A stretch of 64,000 nt of DNA from Syntrophorhabdaceae bacterium (lineage in GTDB: Bacteria; Desulfobacterota; Syntrophorhabdia; Syntrophorhabdales; Syntrophorhabdaceae). This document shows, piece by piece, positions 38,185 to 48,080 of this stretch. How positions within the stretch are numbered: position 1 is the first letter of the stretch; the number at the start of each line of letters is the position of its first letter. Made by a program: the position numbers and the translations under genes. The notes under the pieces were generated by a model that saw only the letters and a program-made list of their open reading frames with translations, had not been told where the DNA came from and did no database searches. The stretch lies in the NCBI GenBank assembly GCA_963665295.1, contig OY762209.1, forward strand, positions 3,744,001 to 3,808,000, written 5' to 3'.

Positions 38185-38834
38185 GCATCATGGTCTTTCT
38201 GGCTGACGACCATCGAATGGTGAGGGAGGGCTTTCGCCTTCTTATTGAGACTCAGCCTGATATCAAAGTCGTAGGCGAGGCGGGAACAGGCCGGGAGGCC
38301 GTGCGCCAGGCCGGGAAGTTGTCGCCTGATATCGTGCTGATGGATATCGCCATGCCGGAACTGAACGGCATAGAAGCAACTCAGCAGATCTGTGAGACAT
38401 GCCCGGCCGTGAAGGTAATAATCCTATCCATGTACTCTACCACGCAGCACATCTTCAGAGCCTTCAAAGCAGGAGCCCGGGGATACATCCTTAAGGAATC
38501 GGCGGGAGATGATGTGATAACGGCGATCCGCACGGTCCAGAACGGCAGGATATTCCTTTGCAGCGAGATCTCCGATGCTGTTGTGGGCGATTATGTAAGA
38601 AACCGCGAGACCGGAGCCGCCGAAGACCCGCTTGATCGCCTCAGTACGCGTGAACGGGAGATCCTTCAGCTCCTGGTAGAGGGTAAATCAAACATCAGAA
38701 TTGCGGAGTTGCTTTACCTTTCCCCCAAAACCATCGAGACCTACCGGAGCCATCTCATGCAGAAACTCGGCATCAATGATTTGCCGGGCCTGGTGAAATT
38801 TGCCATCCAGCACGGGCTGACATCGGTGGAATAG
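38181..38834 (+). CDS. NarL/FixJ-family response regulator
   Basis: LADDH, LMDIAMPELNG, GYILK, LSTREREIL...LSPKTIETYR. Confidence 0.95.
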   Translation: MSIMVFLADDHRMVREGFRLLIETQPDIKVVGEAGTGREAVRQAGKLSPDIVLMDIAMPELNGIEATQQICETCPAVKVIILSMYSTTQHIFRAFKAGARGYILKESAGDDVITAIRTVQNGRIFLCSEISDAVVGDYVRNRETGAAEDPLDRLSTREREILQLLVEGKSNIRIAELLYLSPKTIETYRSHLMQKLGINDLPGLVKFAIQHGLTSVE

Positions 38835-38968
38835 GGCGGATCGTTTATCAAGGTTATTTCGAAATAAATCAAACTTGTCTGATTGGCAGTACTCCGGGAG
38901 AATAGTACTCTAGTTCCATAAGTCAAAAGAAGAGGTGATTTCGATCGCCGGTAAAAGGAGGTACTTTC

Positions 38969-40186
38969 ATGAAAAGCGCTGTGCGCATTTTGATTGCCGT
39001 CATGGTTCTCGCAGGGTTTCTTGGTTTTACGGGAACAGGCTACACGGCTAATACCATCAAGGTAGGCATCGTCGACACCTACACAGGTCCCGCGACGAGC
39101 TTCACCCAGGACGTGCTTGACGGGTTCAAGCTCGCTGTCGAGAAGATCAACGCAAAGGGCGGGGTGCTGGGCAAGAAGATCGAATATACGACCCGCGACG
39201 AAAAGTTCAAACCGGACATCGGCCTTGCCATGGCCAAGGAACTCGTCCTTAAAGAGAAAGTCGATATCCTCGTAGGCACCATCAACAGCGGTACCGCTCT
39301 TGCCGTATCGGACCTCGCGAGAAAGGAAAAGATCCCCTTCTTCGTCACCTATTCAAAAAGTGAAAAGATCATCGGCGAGAAGGGACACCGGTATGTCTTC
39401 AATATGAACGAGAACACCGAGATGGCAGGCAGGGCGGCGGCAGTGGCCCTCGCGAAAAAGCCCTTCGTGAAGTACTGGATCGCGGGCGACGACTACGAAT
39501 ACGGTCACGCCATCGCGGACGCGGTGTGGAACAACCTGAAGAGACTCAATCCCAAGGTACAGAAGGTAGGAGAATCGTGGTGGAAGGTAGGTGAGGCCGA
39601 CTTTACCCCCTACATCACCCAGATACTCTCCGCCAAACCCGATTTCGTCATCGTCGCCACGGGCGGCTCCGGCATGGTCAATTTCCAGAAGGCCGCAAAG
39701 GCAACGGGCTTAAGCCAGAAGATACCCTTCTACCAGCATACGGCCAATGAACTGGGAACCCTCATGCCCCAGGGCAAGGATGCCCCCGAGGGTGTATACG
39801 GTACGTCTAATTACCTGTTCTACTTCCCTGATTCACCTGCGAACAAGGCCTTCGTCGAAGAGTTCACCAAAGCCTATAAGAGATACCCCAAGGCTCCCGC
39901 TCTAATCGGATACATGACCGCCCAGTTTATAGCCGAGGGTTTTAAAAAGGCAGGGAAGGTCGATAAGGAAGCCCTTATCAAGGCGATTGAAGATATGACT
40001 CTTGAGAGCCCTGTCGGTACCCTCATGGTCAGGGGGTGCGACCACCAGCTCGAACTGCCCACGTACTTCGGCGTAACAAAGAAAGACGCCAAATATCCGT
40101 TCCTCATATCGTCAGGCAACCAGATCATACCTCCGAAGGATTACATGCCTACCTGTGAGGAGGTCCTGAAGCTGCGGAAGAAATAG
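38969..40186 (+). CDS. Branched-chain amino acid (Liv)-type ABC transporter substrate-binding protein
   Basis: Signal peptide; AVEKINAKGGVLGKKIE, DYEYGH, DFTPYI motifs. Confidence 0.92.
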   Translation: MKSAVRILIAVMVLAGFLGFTGTGYTANTIKVGIVDTYTGPATSFTQDVLDGFKLAVEKINAKGGVLGKKIEYTTRDEKFKPDIGLAMAKELVLKEKVDILVGTINSGTALAVSDLARKEKIPFFVTYSKSEKIIGEKGHRYVFNMNENTEMAGRAAAVALAKKPFVKYWIAGDDYEYGHAIADAVWNNLKRLNPKVQKVGESWWKVGEADFTPYITQILSAKPDFVIVATGGSGMVNFQKAAKATGLSQKIPFYQHTANELGTLMPQGKDAPEGVYGTSNYLFYFPDSPANKAFVEEFTKAYKRYPKAPALIGYMTAQFIAEGFKKAGKVDKEALIKAIEDMTLESPVGTLMVRGCDHQLELPTYFGVTKKDAKYPFLISSGNQIIPPKDYMPTCEEVLKLRKK

Positions 40187-40198
40187 CCGAGGAAGCGC

Positions 40199-40237
40199 AT
40201 GGCCCTTCCCCGCTTCAATGGGGCAGGGAAGGGCCAT
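40199..40237 (+). terminator. Stem-loop after the substrate-binding gene
   Basis: atggcccttccc ... gggaagggccat inverted repeat. Confidence 0.5.
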
Positions 40238-40277
40238 TGCCAATAATGAGATGGAAACAGAGTAAAGGAAACAGGGT

Positions 40278-40439
40278 CATTTAGCGTGCACGGCACGCGC
40301 GAAGGGGAGGCTCCAGCGGCTTTGCCGGTGGAGGGGGCGACGCAAGCCCCATAAGGACAACGCGCCATTTAGCGTGCACGGCACGCGCGAAGGGGAGGCT
40401 CCAGCGGCTTTGCCGGTGGAGGGGGCGACGCAAGCCCCA
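40278..40439. repeat. Two identical 74-bp intergenic repeats (REP-like)
   Basis: catttagcgtgcacggcacgcgcgaaggggaggctccagcggctttgccggtggagggggcgacgcaagcccca at 40278-40351 and 40366-40439. Confidence 0.95.
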
Positions 40440-40462
40440 CTAACTGAAAGAGGGAGAGCAAA

Positions 40463-41359
40463 GTGGATTTCATCTATTCAATCATTCCGCCGGGTGTGTT
40501 ATGCCAGATATTCGTGGGCTTAAGCCGTACGGTCATACTCTTTATCGTCTCCTCCGGCTTGAGCCTTATCCTGGGGGTGCTCCGCATCCCCAACGTCTTC
40601 CATGGGTCGCTGTACATGATCGGCGCCTTCATGGCCTTTACCATTACCTCCCTGGTGGGAGGGGATACAGGCTTCTGGCTCGCCCTGATAGGCGCCCCCA
40701 TCGGTGTAGGACTTGTGAGCCTCGCCACTGAACGGGGCCTCTTTCAATATCTCTACGAGAGGGAGCACCTCATGCTCATCCTTTTTACCTTCGCCATCTC
40801 CCTGGTCTTCGGGGACCTCGTGAAGCTCGTCTGGGGGGCGGAGTACAAATCCGTGCCCGTACCCCACGTGTTCCAGGGTTTTGTCCCCCTCTTCGGAGGT
40901 CTTCCCTTCCCCCGGTATAATGTCTTCCTCCTTGTCATGGGACCCATCGTGGCCCTTGCCCTCTGGCTCCTCGTGACGAAGACCAAGATAGGCAAGGTAT
41001 CCCAGGCAGCGGCAGTCGACCGGGAGATGGTGGGCGCCGTGGGCATCAACGTGAGCTGGGTCTTCGCCATGGTCTTCGTCATAGGCTGTCTCCTTGCGGG
41101 CCTGGGTGGTGCGCTCGTTGCCCCTACGGTGAGCGTCACCCTGGGGATGGACCACTCCCTCATCATGGAGGCCTTCCTCATTGTCATCATGGGCGGACTG
41201 GGTAATATGTGGGGGGCCCTCCTAGGCGCCCTCATCTTCGGCTTGACCCAATCCTTAGGAATCCTGGTATGGCCGCAATTCGGTATCGTCTTCCCCTACC
41301 TTGCGGTGATCGTGGTCCTGCTTTTCAGGCCTACCGGACTTCTCAAATCAACGTGGTAA
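40463..41359 (+). CDS. livH: Liv-type ABC permease (LivH family)
   Basis: SGLSLILGV..NVFHGSLYMIGA, VIMGGLGNMWGA, LFRPTGL. Confidence 0.88.
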   Translation: MDFIYSIIPPGVLCQIFVGLSRTVILFIVSSGLSLILGVLRIPNVFHGSLYMIGAFMAFTITSLVGGDTGFWLALIGAPIGVGLVSLATERGLFQYLYEREHLMLILFTFAISLVFGDLVKLVWGAEYKSVPVPHVFQGFVPLFGGLPFPRYNVFLLVMGPIVALALWLLVTKTKIGKVSQAAAVDREMVGAVGINVSWVFAMVFVIGCLLAGLGGALVAPTVSVTLGMDHSLIMEAFLIVIMGGLGNMWGALLGALIFGLTQSLGILVWPQFGIVFPYLAVIVVLLFRPTGLLKSTW

Positions 41360-41371
41360 GGAGTTTACACC

Positions 41372-42286
41372 ATGGCACGTAATCGCATCTTCGCATACGG
41401 GGGAGTGGTCATACTCCTTGCGCTGCCCTTTATCTTCCCCCGGTTCTATGTCTACATCGCCTCCCTCATCCTGCTCTACGGCCTCTTGGCCACGAGCCTC
41501 AACTTCATTCTCGGATTCGGGGGGGTATACCAGTTCCATCACGCGGTCTTCTACGGGGTAGGGGCCTACGGGGCGGCACTGATGCTCACCAAGACGGGCT
41601 TCCCTCCCTGGGTGTGCTTTATCGTGGGACCCCTCGTCTCCGCGGTCTTAAGCTTCATCATGGGCCTTATCTGCATACGCCTCTCGAAGCTCTACTTCGG
41701 GATGCTCCAGATATCCCTGGGCTCCCTCGTGTGGGCCGTCATCTACCGGTGGTATTCCCTGACCGGGGGTGACGACGGCATCCACGGCGTCCCCGTCCCC
41801 GACATCATCTCCTCCGCCAACGGCGCATACTACTTCACCCTGATCATCACCGCCGCCGCCTTCTTCGTCATTTACAAGATACTCAAGTCCCCCTTCGGGA
41901 GCGTGCTCCAGGGGATCAGGGACAACCCCATAAGGTCCGAGATGATCGGGGTCAACGTAAGGAGGCACCAACTGGCGGGCCTCGTGATCGCGGGTTTCTT
42001 CGCAGGCGTTGCAGGTGTTCTTTTCGTGGTGGTCGATACGACCGTGTTCCCTGACATGCTCTTCTGGACCTTCTCCATGGAGATCATGATCATGTGCCTC
42101 CTCGGGGGATGGTTCACCTTCATGGGTCCCCTCCTCGGGGCGGCGCTCATCGTGTTGCTCCGGACCTTCATCAGCACCTACACGGTCTACTGGGCGCTCT
42201 TCCTGGGGATTATCCTCATGATCATCATATTCTTTCTCCCCGACGGGGTGCTCGGATACTGGCATAAAAAGCTAAAAAAGGGGTAA
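41372..42286 (+). CDS. livM: Liv-type ABC permease (LivM family)
   Basis: FYGVGAY, LTGGDDG, SPFGSVLQGIRDN, FLPDGVLG. Confidence 0.88.
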   Translation: MARNRIFAYGGVVILLALPFIFPRFYVYIASLILLYGLLATSLNFILGFGGVYQFHHAVFYGVGAYGAALMLTKTGFPPWVCFIVGPLVSAVLSFIMGLICIRLSKLYFGMLQISLGSLVWAVIYRWYSLTGGDDGIHGVPVPDIISSANGAYYFTLIITAAAFFVIYKILKSPFGSVLQGIRDNPIRSEMIGVNVRRHQLAGLVIAGFFAGVAGVLFVVVDTTVFPDMLFWTFSMEIMIMCLLGGWFTFMGPLLGAALIVLLRTFISTYTVYWALFLGIILMIIIFFLPDGVLGYWHKKLKKG

Positions 42287-42289
42287 GGC

Positions 42290-43039
42290 GTGCTACAGGT
42301 AAAATCTCTCACAAAAACATTCGGCGGGTTCAAGGCGGTCAACGGCGCGAACCTTGAAGTGAAAAAGGGTGAGATCGTCGCAGTGATCGGCCCCAACGGA
42401 GCGGGCAAGACGACCCTCTTCAACCTCATCACGGGGATACTGAAGCCCGATTCCGGCACGGTCCTCTTCGAGGGGGAGAACATTACGGGCCTTCCCCCCT
42501 ACAAGGTCTGCAAGAAAGGGATGTCCCGCTCCTTCCAGGTGGTCAACGTCTTCCAGAGAAGGACCGTCTTCGAGAACGTCCAGGTCGCGGTCCTTGCCCG
42601 GGAAAACATGACGTGGAAGCTCTTCACCCCTTCCCATAAGCTCGTAAGGGAGGAGACGGAGGGCATCCTCGAAAGCGTGGGCCTCACCAGAAAAAGGGAC
42701 GCCGTATCGGGCGCCCTCTCTCACGGAGACCGCAAGGTCCTGGAGATCGCCATGGCCCTCGGAGGGAACCCCCGGTTTCTGATCCTCGACGAACCCACCG
42801 CGGGCATGTCCCTTGAGGAGACCCTCCGCTGTATCGACCTCATCAAGCAGCTTTCGGAAAAGATGGGTCTCACCATCCTTTTCTGCGAGCACGATATGGA
42901 ACTTGTCTTCTCCATCTCGAACCGGATCATGGTCATGGTCCGGGGCGCCACCATCATTCAGGGCTCCTGCGAAGAAGTGCGATGCAACCAGGCGGTGCAG
43001 GATGCCTATCTCGGCGGGAGTGACGTATGCTTAATGTAA
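42290..43039 (+). CDS. livG: Liv-type ABC ATPase (LivG family)
   Basis: GPNGAGKTT, LSHGD, LDEPTAGM, EHDM. Confidence 0.9.
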   Translation: MLQVKSLTKTFGGFKAVNGANLEVKKGEIVAVIGPNGAGKTTLFNLITGILKPDSGTVLFEGENITGLPPYKVCKKGMSRSFQVVNVFQRRTVFENVQVAVLARENMTWKLFTPSHKLVREETEGILESVGLTRKRDAVSGALSHGDRKVLEIAMALGGNPRFLILDEPTAGMSLEETLRCIDLIKQLSEKMGLTILFCEHDMELVFSISNRIMVMVRGATIIQGSCEEVRCNQAVQDAYLGGSDVCLM

Positions 43040-43716
43040 ACAGTATTCACACCTATTACGGTCTAAGCCACATACTCTTCGATGTAAGCCTCAGGGTCTC
43101 CAAAGGAGAGGTAGTGGGGCTCTTAGGGAGGAACGGCGCAGGGAAGAGCACCACCATGAGGAGTATCATGGGCCTCACCCCTCCGAAAGAGGGGACCATC
43201 ACCTTCAAGAACGAGGATATCACCCACCGCAAACCCTTCCTCCTCGTACGGGCGGGCATGGGGTATGTGCCCGATGACCGCAGGGTATTCGCCGACCTCT
43301 CCGTGGACGACAACCTGGAGATCGCCTTCAAAAGGACCGACCAGTGGACCAAGGAACGGGTCTACCAGGTATTCCCCCCTCTCGCCGACATCAAGACCAG
43401 ACGCGCAGGGAACCTCTCCGGAGGGGAGCAGCAGATGCTCACCATAGGCCGGGCCCTCATGAGCAGCCCCGACCTCCTTCTCCTCGATGAGCCTACCGAA
43501 GGGCTCGCTCCCCTTATTGTCCGGGACCTGGAGGAGCAGATCGTAAAGCTCAAAGACGCGGGGATCAGCATCCTCCTCTCCGAGCAGAACGTGAGATCCG
43601 CCTTGAGGATGATCGACAGGGCCTACGTCATCGACGAGGGGATCATCCGCTTCGAGGGGACCGTTGCCGAGCTTGAAGCCAACGAGGATGTGAAGAAGAA
43701 GTACCTTATGGTGTAG
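43027..43716 (+). CDS. livF: Liv-type ABC ATPase (LivF family)
   Basis: GRNGAGKST, LSGGEQQML, LDEPTEGLAP. Confidence 0.9.
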   Translation: MLNVNSIHTYYGLSHILFDVSLRVSKGEVVGLLGRNGAGKSTTMRSIMGLTPPKEGTITFKNEDITHRKPFLLVRAGMGYVPDDRRVFADLSVDDNLEIAFKRTDQWTKERVYQVFPPLADIKTRRAGNLSGGEQQMLTIGRALMSSPDLLLLDEPTEGLAPLIVRDLEEQIVKLKDAGISILLSEQNVRSALRMIDRAYVIDEGIIRFEGTVAELEANEDVKKKYLMV

Positions 43717-43793
43717 AGGAGCAAAAACTACTTGCTTAAGGAAGCCACACCGTAATAAAGTATGGTATGTGGTGAAAACTTTCCCTTAGCGAG

Positions 43794-44783
43794 GTGCGCA
43801 TGCAGTTTGAACAGACTTTCATGAATTTCCTCCTCCAGCACCAAGAGCGGCACAACCGTACCTATCACTTTCTGGTGTTGATGGATGCGGTGGTGAGCGC
43901 GGCAAAGCATATAGAACATTATTATCTGACTGGGGCACTGAAAGGACACCTCGGTCTCACAGGCACCGTGAACGTTCAGGGCGAGAACGTCATGAGAATG
44001 GATCAGATTGCCCATGAAATCGTCATCCATTATCTGAGGACCACGGGACGGGTCATCCATGCGGTGAGTGAAGAATCCGACGAAGTGGTGGTGATGAATG
44101 AAAACGGGGGGCGGTATTTCATTTATTTTGATCCCCTGGACGGTTCCTCCAACGTTGCTCATGGTCTCCCCGTCGGCTTCCTCTTCGGCATATCCAAACG
44201 AAATCTTGAAGGCATAGAAGACCATCATTTAAGGGCAGGGAGGGAATACATCGCTGCAGGGATGTTCGTGATCCCTACGGGGATGTTCACTATCGCCTTC
44301 AGGAACGCGGGGACCTGGAGATTTCACATGGACGAGACCATGAACTACGTGAAACCCATCCGGATGATGCTCCCTGAGCCGACGAAGAACTGGGAACTCT
44401 CCTTCAATTCCGCGAACCGCACTTCCTATTCGGAGAAGGTGCGGGGCTGGATAGATGAAAATGAGAGCAAGTACTCTTTCAGATACCTGGGGGCCCTTGC
44501 GGGAGACTTCCACCGGATACTCTCCAACGGGGGAATGTTCATGTACCCTGCTATCGTGAACCACCCGAATCCCAAGAAGAACAGACCCGAAGGCAAACTG
44601 CGTCTGCTCTATGAAGCCTCTGTCGTGGCGTTCATGTGCAAGGAAGCCGGAGGGACTGCCGTTGATGAGAAAGGCAGACCGATTCTTGATATCGAGCCCA
44701 AGAGCCATCACCAGCGCACGGCCCTTTATGTGGGAGCGAAACCCCTGGTCGAGGATATCGGAGCGATTCTGAAGTCTTCATAG
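43794..44783 (+). CDS. fbp: Fructose-1,6-bisphosphatase class I
   Basis: NVQGE, SEE, FDPLDGSSN, RYLGALAGDFHR, GKLRLLYEA. Confidence 0.92.
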   Translation: MRMQFEQTFMNFLLQHQERHNRTYHFLVLMDAVVSAAKHIEHYYLTGALKGHLGLTGTVNVQGENVMRMDQIAHEIVIHYLRTTGRVIHAVSEESDEVVVMNENGGRYFIYFDPLDGSSNVAHGLPVGFLFGISKRNLEGIEDHHLRAGREYIAAGMFVIPTGMFTIAFRNAGTWRFHMDETMNYVKPIRMMLPEPTKNWELSFNSANRTSYSEKVRGWIDENESKYSFRYLGALAGDFHRILSNGGMFMYPAIVNHPNPKKNRPEGKLRLLYEASVVAFMCKEAGGTAVDEKGRPILDIEPKSHHQRTALYVGAKPLVEDIGAILKSS

Positions 44784-44968
44784 AATACCAGGGCGGGAGA
44801 TTTAGGGGTTTCTACATCGCCTGCGACGGCCATCGGTAAAGGAAGCGGAAAATACTCGTGGTAGAATTCGGTGAGTCTACGATGAGGCGCTATGGCCCTG
44901 CCGGTCGCCGATGTCCATCAACTCAGGGCGTGAACGTCGAAGAGGCTTTACGTTGCTGTCGCTTTTCC

Positions 44969-44996
44969 TTGACATTGGCGAGGGTATACCTATAAA
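44969..44996 (+). promoter_or_regulatory. Sigma70-like promoter
   Basis: TTGACA (44969-44974), 16 bp, TATAAA (44991-44996), upstream of the 45046 gene. Confidence 0.5.
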
Positions 44997-45045
44997 GTTA
45001 TCCTACAAATAAATCGGTCAGTCCATTAACGGAAAGGAGAAAGTA

Positions 45046-45840
45046 ATGAGGAAAATCTGTACGATCATGACTGTTGTACTGGCTTTGGTATTTGCCACAA
45101 CCGTATTTGCCGGGCCCACACTTGACAAGATCATGAAGAAGGGTGAGCTTGTTGTTGGTACCTCGGGTGACTACCCCCCATTCAACGTGAAAGCGAAGAA
45201 CGGAAAGCTTATGGGACTCGACGTCGATCTGGCTATGGCGATAGCGGATGGCCTGGGTGTTAAGGCGAAGCTGGTCCAGATTCCTTTTCCCGAGCTTCTC
45301 GCGAATCTTGAAGCAGGCAAGATCGATATGGTCATCTCAGCCATGACGATAACGCCGAAGCGCAACCTCAAGTTTGCTTTTGTGGGACCCTACTTCTTGT
45401 CCGGACAGGCAGTGCTCACTACCAGAGAAACGGCCATCAAGGCGGTCACCATGAAGGATATCAATAAGGTCGATTTTACCCTTGGAGTGCCCGCGGGGAC
45501 TACAAGTGAGATCGTGGCAAAAAAATACCTGACAAGCGCGAAGCTGACAGTTGCAAGCAACATGGACGAGGCTTTGAAACTCCTTCTCGGAGGAAAAGTA
45601 AAAGCGGTGTTGACCGATAACGCCACAGCGGCTGTGGCGAGCTTCAGATATGGAGATAAAGGAATAATCTCGACAGGGGCCATCACCTTCGAGCCTCTGG
45701 GTATCGCCATACCGGCGGACGATTTTCTCTTCGTAAACTGGCTTGAAAATTTCATCGGAACTCTCAAGGCCGGCGGAGAACTCGACGCGCTGGGCGACAA
45801 GTGGTTTAAAGATCCTTCCTGGGTGAAGGATATTCAGTAA
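45046..45840 (+). CDS. Polar amino acid ABC substrate-binding protein (family 3)
   Basis: Signal peptide; GELVVGTSGDYPPF, GLDVDLA, SAMTITPKR. Confidence 0.9.
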   Translation: MRKICTIMTVVLALVFATTVFAGPTLDKIMKKGELVVGTSGDYPPFNVKAKNGKLMGLDVDLAMAIADGLGVKAKLVQIPFPELLANLEAGKIDMVISAMTITPKRNLKFAFVGPYFLSGQAVLTTRETAIKAVTMKDINKVDFTLGVPAGTTSEIVAKKYLTSAKLTVASNMDEALKLLLGGKVKAVLTDNATAAVASFRYGDKGIISTGAITFEPLGIAIPADDFLFVNWLENFIGTLKAGGELDALGDKWFKDPSWVKDIQ

Positions 45841-45916
45841 GTCTGCGACCAGGGTTGCCCGTAAGCGGCATCGGTATTGTACTTTACGGGCAGCCCTGAT
45901 TTTGTTCCCTGGAACC

Positions 45917-47055
45917 TAGTGTACTGGCTCACTAATAGCTTTACAATTACCCTTGGCTATGCTATCATAGTGCATGTGGAATCCAGCCAGTACGCTAGAC
46001 ATGACGGAAGAGCAGAGAAAGACATTGGAAACATGGGTCAAAGCAAAGAAGACTCCCCAAAGGGTGGTTCTACGCTCCCGCATCTGCCTGCTCGCGGCAG
46101 AAGGGATGTCCCATAACGCCATAGCGAAGAGGCTCAATACCTCCCGCCCTACGGTGATATTGTGGGTAGGCAGGTTCAAAGAACAAGGTCCCTCGGGCTT
46201 ATCGGAGGACGCACCCCATGGGCCGAGTTCAAGGCGCCTTAACCCGGAGATAGTGCGCACCATCGTGGAAGCCACACTCCATACAACTCCCAAAGATGCT
46301 ACTCAGTGGTCCACCCGCACCATGGCAAAGGAGAAGGGCGTGAGCCATGCCACCGTGCAGCGCATCTGGGATGCCCATGGACTACAGCCCCATCGGGTAG
46401 AAACTTTCAAGCTGTCCAGAGACAAGAAGTTCGTGGAGAAACTGACCGATGTGGTGGGCGTCTATCTCAATCCTCCCGACAAAGCGGTGGTACTCTGTGT
46501 GGATGAGAAAAGCCAGGTGCAGGCCCTGGACCGGACCCAGCCGGGATTACCGATGAAGAAGGGGCGCTGCGGCACGATGACCCACGACTACAAAAGGAAC
46601 GGCACTACCTGTCTTTTTGCCGCCCTCAATGTTCTGGAAGGAAAAGTCATAGGCTCCTGCTATCCCCGCCACAGAAATACCGAATTTCTTAAGTTCCTGC
46701 GTACCATAGACCGTCAGGTGCCAAAGGGCCTCGATGTCCATATGATTCTCGACAACTACGGAACTCATACCCACCCCAATGTGAAAGCATGGCTCGAAAA
46801 ACACCCCCGTTTCGTTCCCCACTTTACACCCACAAGCTCGTCGTGGCTTAACCTGGTGGAGCGCTGGTTCGGGGAGATCACACGAAAGAGAATTCGTCGC
46901 GGCATCTTCAAAAGCGTTCAGGAACTGGTGACCGCCATCGAAGAATATATTCGCTGCAACAACGAAGACCCCAAACCCTTCGTATGGACCAGGAAGGCCG
47001 AGGAGATACTTGAAAAAGTGAATCGCTGTAAAGGCGTTACTGAGACACTACACTA
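45917..47055 (+). mobile_element. IS630-family insertion sequence, apparently intact, TA target duplication
   Basis: Imperfect 27-bp TIRs GTGTACTGGCTCACTAATAGCTTTACA / GTGTAGTGTCTCAGTAACGCCTTTACA, flanked by TA within CTAG at 45916-45919 and 47053-47056. Confidence 0.92.
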
Positions 47056-47056
47056 G
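45974..47056 (+). CDS. IS630-family transposase
   Basis: HTH N-terminus; CVDEKSQ, HDYKRNGT, ILDNYGTH, SSWLNLVERWF (DDE). Confidence 0.96.
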   Translation: MWNPASTLDMTEEQRKTLETWVKAKKTPQRVVLRSRICLLAAEGMSHNAIAKRLNTSRPTVILWVGRFKEQGPSGLSEDAPHGPSSRRLNPEIVRTIVEATLHTTPKDATQWSTRTMAKEKGVSHATVQRIWDAHGLQPHRVETFKLSRDKKFVEKLTDVVGVYLNPPDKAVVLCVDEKSQVQALDRTQPGLPMKKGRCGTMTHDYKRNGTTCLFAALNVLEGKVIGSCYPRHRNTEFLKFLRTIDRQVPKGLDVHMILDNYGTHTHPNVKAWLEKHPRFVPHFTPTSSSWLNLVERWFGEITRKRIRRGIFKSVQELVTAIEEYIRCNNEDPKPFVWTRKAEEILEKVNRCKGVTETLH

Positions 47057-47141
47057 CCGATGACGGGCATCGCCCCCGATCGAATTCATATTCCCACGCT
47101 TTTATCCGGTTTGCGATCTATTACAGGACACGAGGTGAAGC

Positions 47142-47990
47142 ATGACGGACAGAGACTCAGGGGGAAGGTTTGAAATTTCCCTGCCGCCGAAGTTGGCGGA
47201 CAAGCTTGCGGTAACGATTGAGCGGACCGGATGCACGGCGGAGGAGGTGGTGGGGCAGGCCCTCCGGAGGTTCCTCTTCGGACGCCGGGGAGGGAACGCG
47301 GTATACCTTTCTGCACCGATCAATGCGCTCGTGGAAGGTTTCTATGTGGAGAATACCACCATTGCCGAGATTAAGGAGCGTGGCGACTTTGGCCTCGGGA
47401 CTTTCAATTATCTGGATGGTGAGATGGTGCTTCTCGATGGCGTGGTCTACCAGATCAGGTCGGATGGGGAGGTTTACAAGGTTGAAGACGACGAGAAATC
47501 GCCCTTCGCATGTGTGACTTTTTTCACTCCCGACACATTCGATGATATGGAGGGGCCTTTCGGGACCACGGATATCGCCGATATCCTGGACAAGCTGATC
47601 CCGTCGCGCAACATGCTTTATGCCATAAGGATCGACGGGGAGTTCCGTCATGTGAAGACAAGGGCGGCGCCTAAATCGGAAAACTACCTGCCCCTGGTGG
47701 AGGCAACGAAGAACCAGACGGTCTTTGAATTTTTCGACGTGACGGGCTGCCTCGCGGGTTTTTACACGCCCAAGTACATGGAACACCTCAATGCGCCCGG
47801 GTATCACCTCCATTTCCTTACTGCGGATCGTCGTAAAGGGGGCCATCTTATCGGTTGCGATCTGAAGAAGGTTCATGTAGGTATTCAGCACGTCCCCGAA
47901 CTGGAACTGGGCTTGCCGGTCACTTTTGATTTTCTCACCGCGGACCTCACGAGAGATACTTCCAAGGATTTGGACAAAGCCGAGAAGTGA
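47142..47990 (+). CDS. budA: Alpha-acetolactate decarboxylase with N-terminal ribbon-helix-helix-like extension
   Basis: GDFGLGTF..LDGE, GFYTP, GYHLHF...GGHL zinc motif; RBS GAGGTG. Confidence 0.88.
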   Translation: MTDRDSGGRFEISLPPKLADKLAVTIERTGCTAEEVVGQALRRFLFGRRGGNAVYLSAPINALVEGFYVENTTIAEIKERGDFGLGTFNYLDGEMVLLDGVVYQIRSDGEVYKVEDDEKSPFACVTFFTPDTFDDMEGPFGTTDIADILDKLIPSRNMLYAIRIDGEFRHVKTRAAPKSENYLPLVEATKNQTVFEFFDVTGCLAGFYTPKYMEHLNAPGYHLHFLTADRRKGGHLIGCDLKKVHVGIQHVPELELGLPVTFDFLTADLTRDTSKDLDKAEK

Positions 47991-48080
47991 CGGTCGGGCC
48001 GCGTTGGGCGGGGGAGCTTCGGTACGCGGGAACCTCGGTTACGGTATGCTTCGCATCAGTGAATGACGCGGAAGGAGGTT

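Noticed and set aside
40278..40439. Possible CRISPR array
   Set aside because: Only two units, a 74-bp repeat and a 14-bp spacer, and no cas genes.
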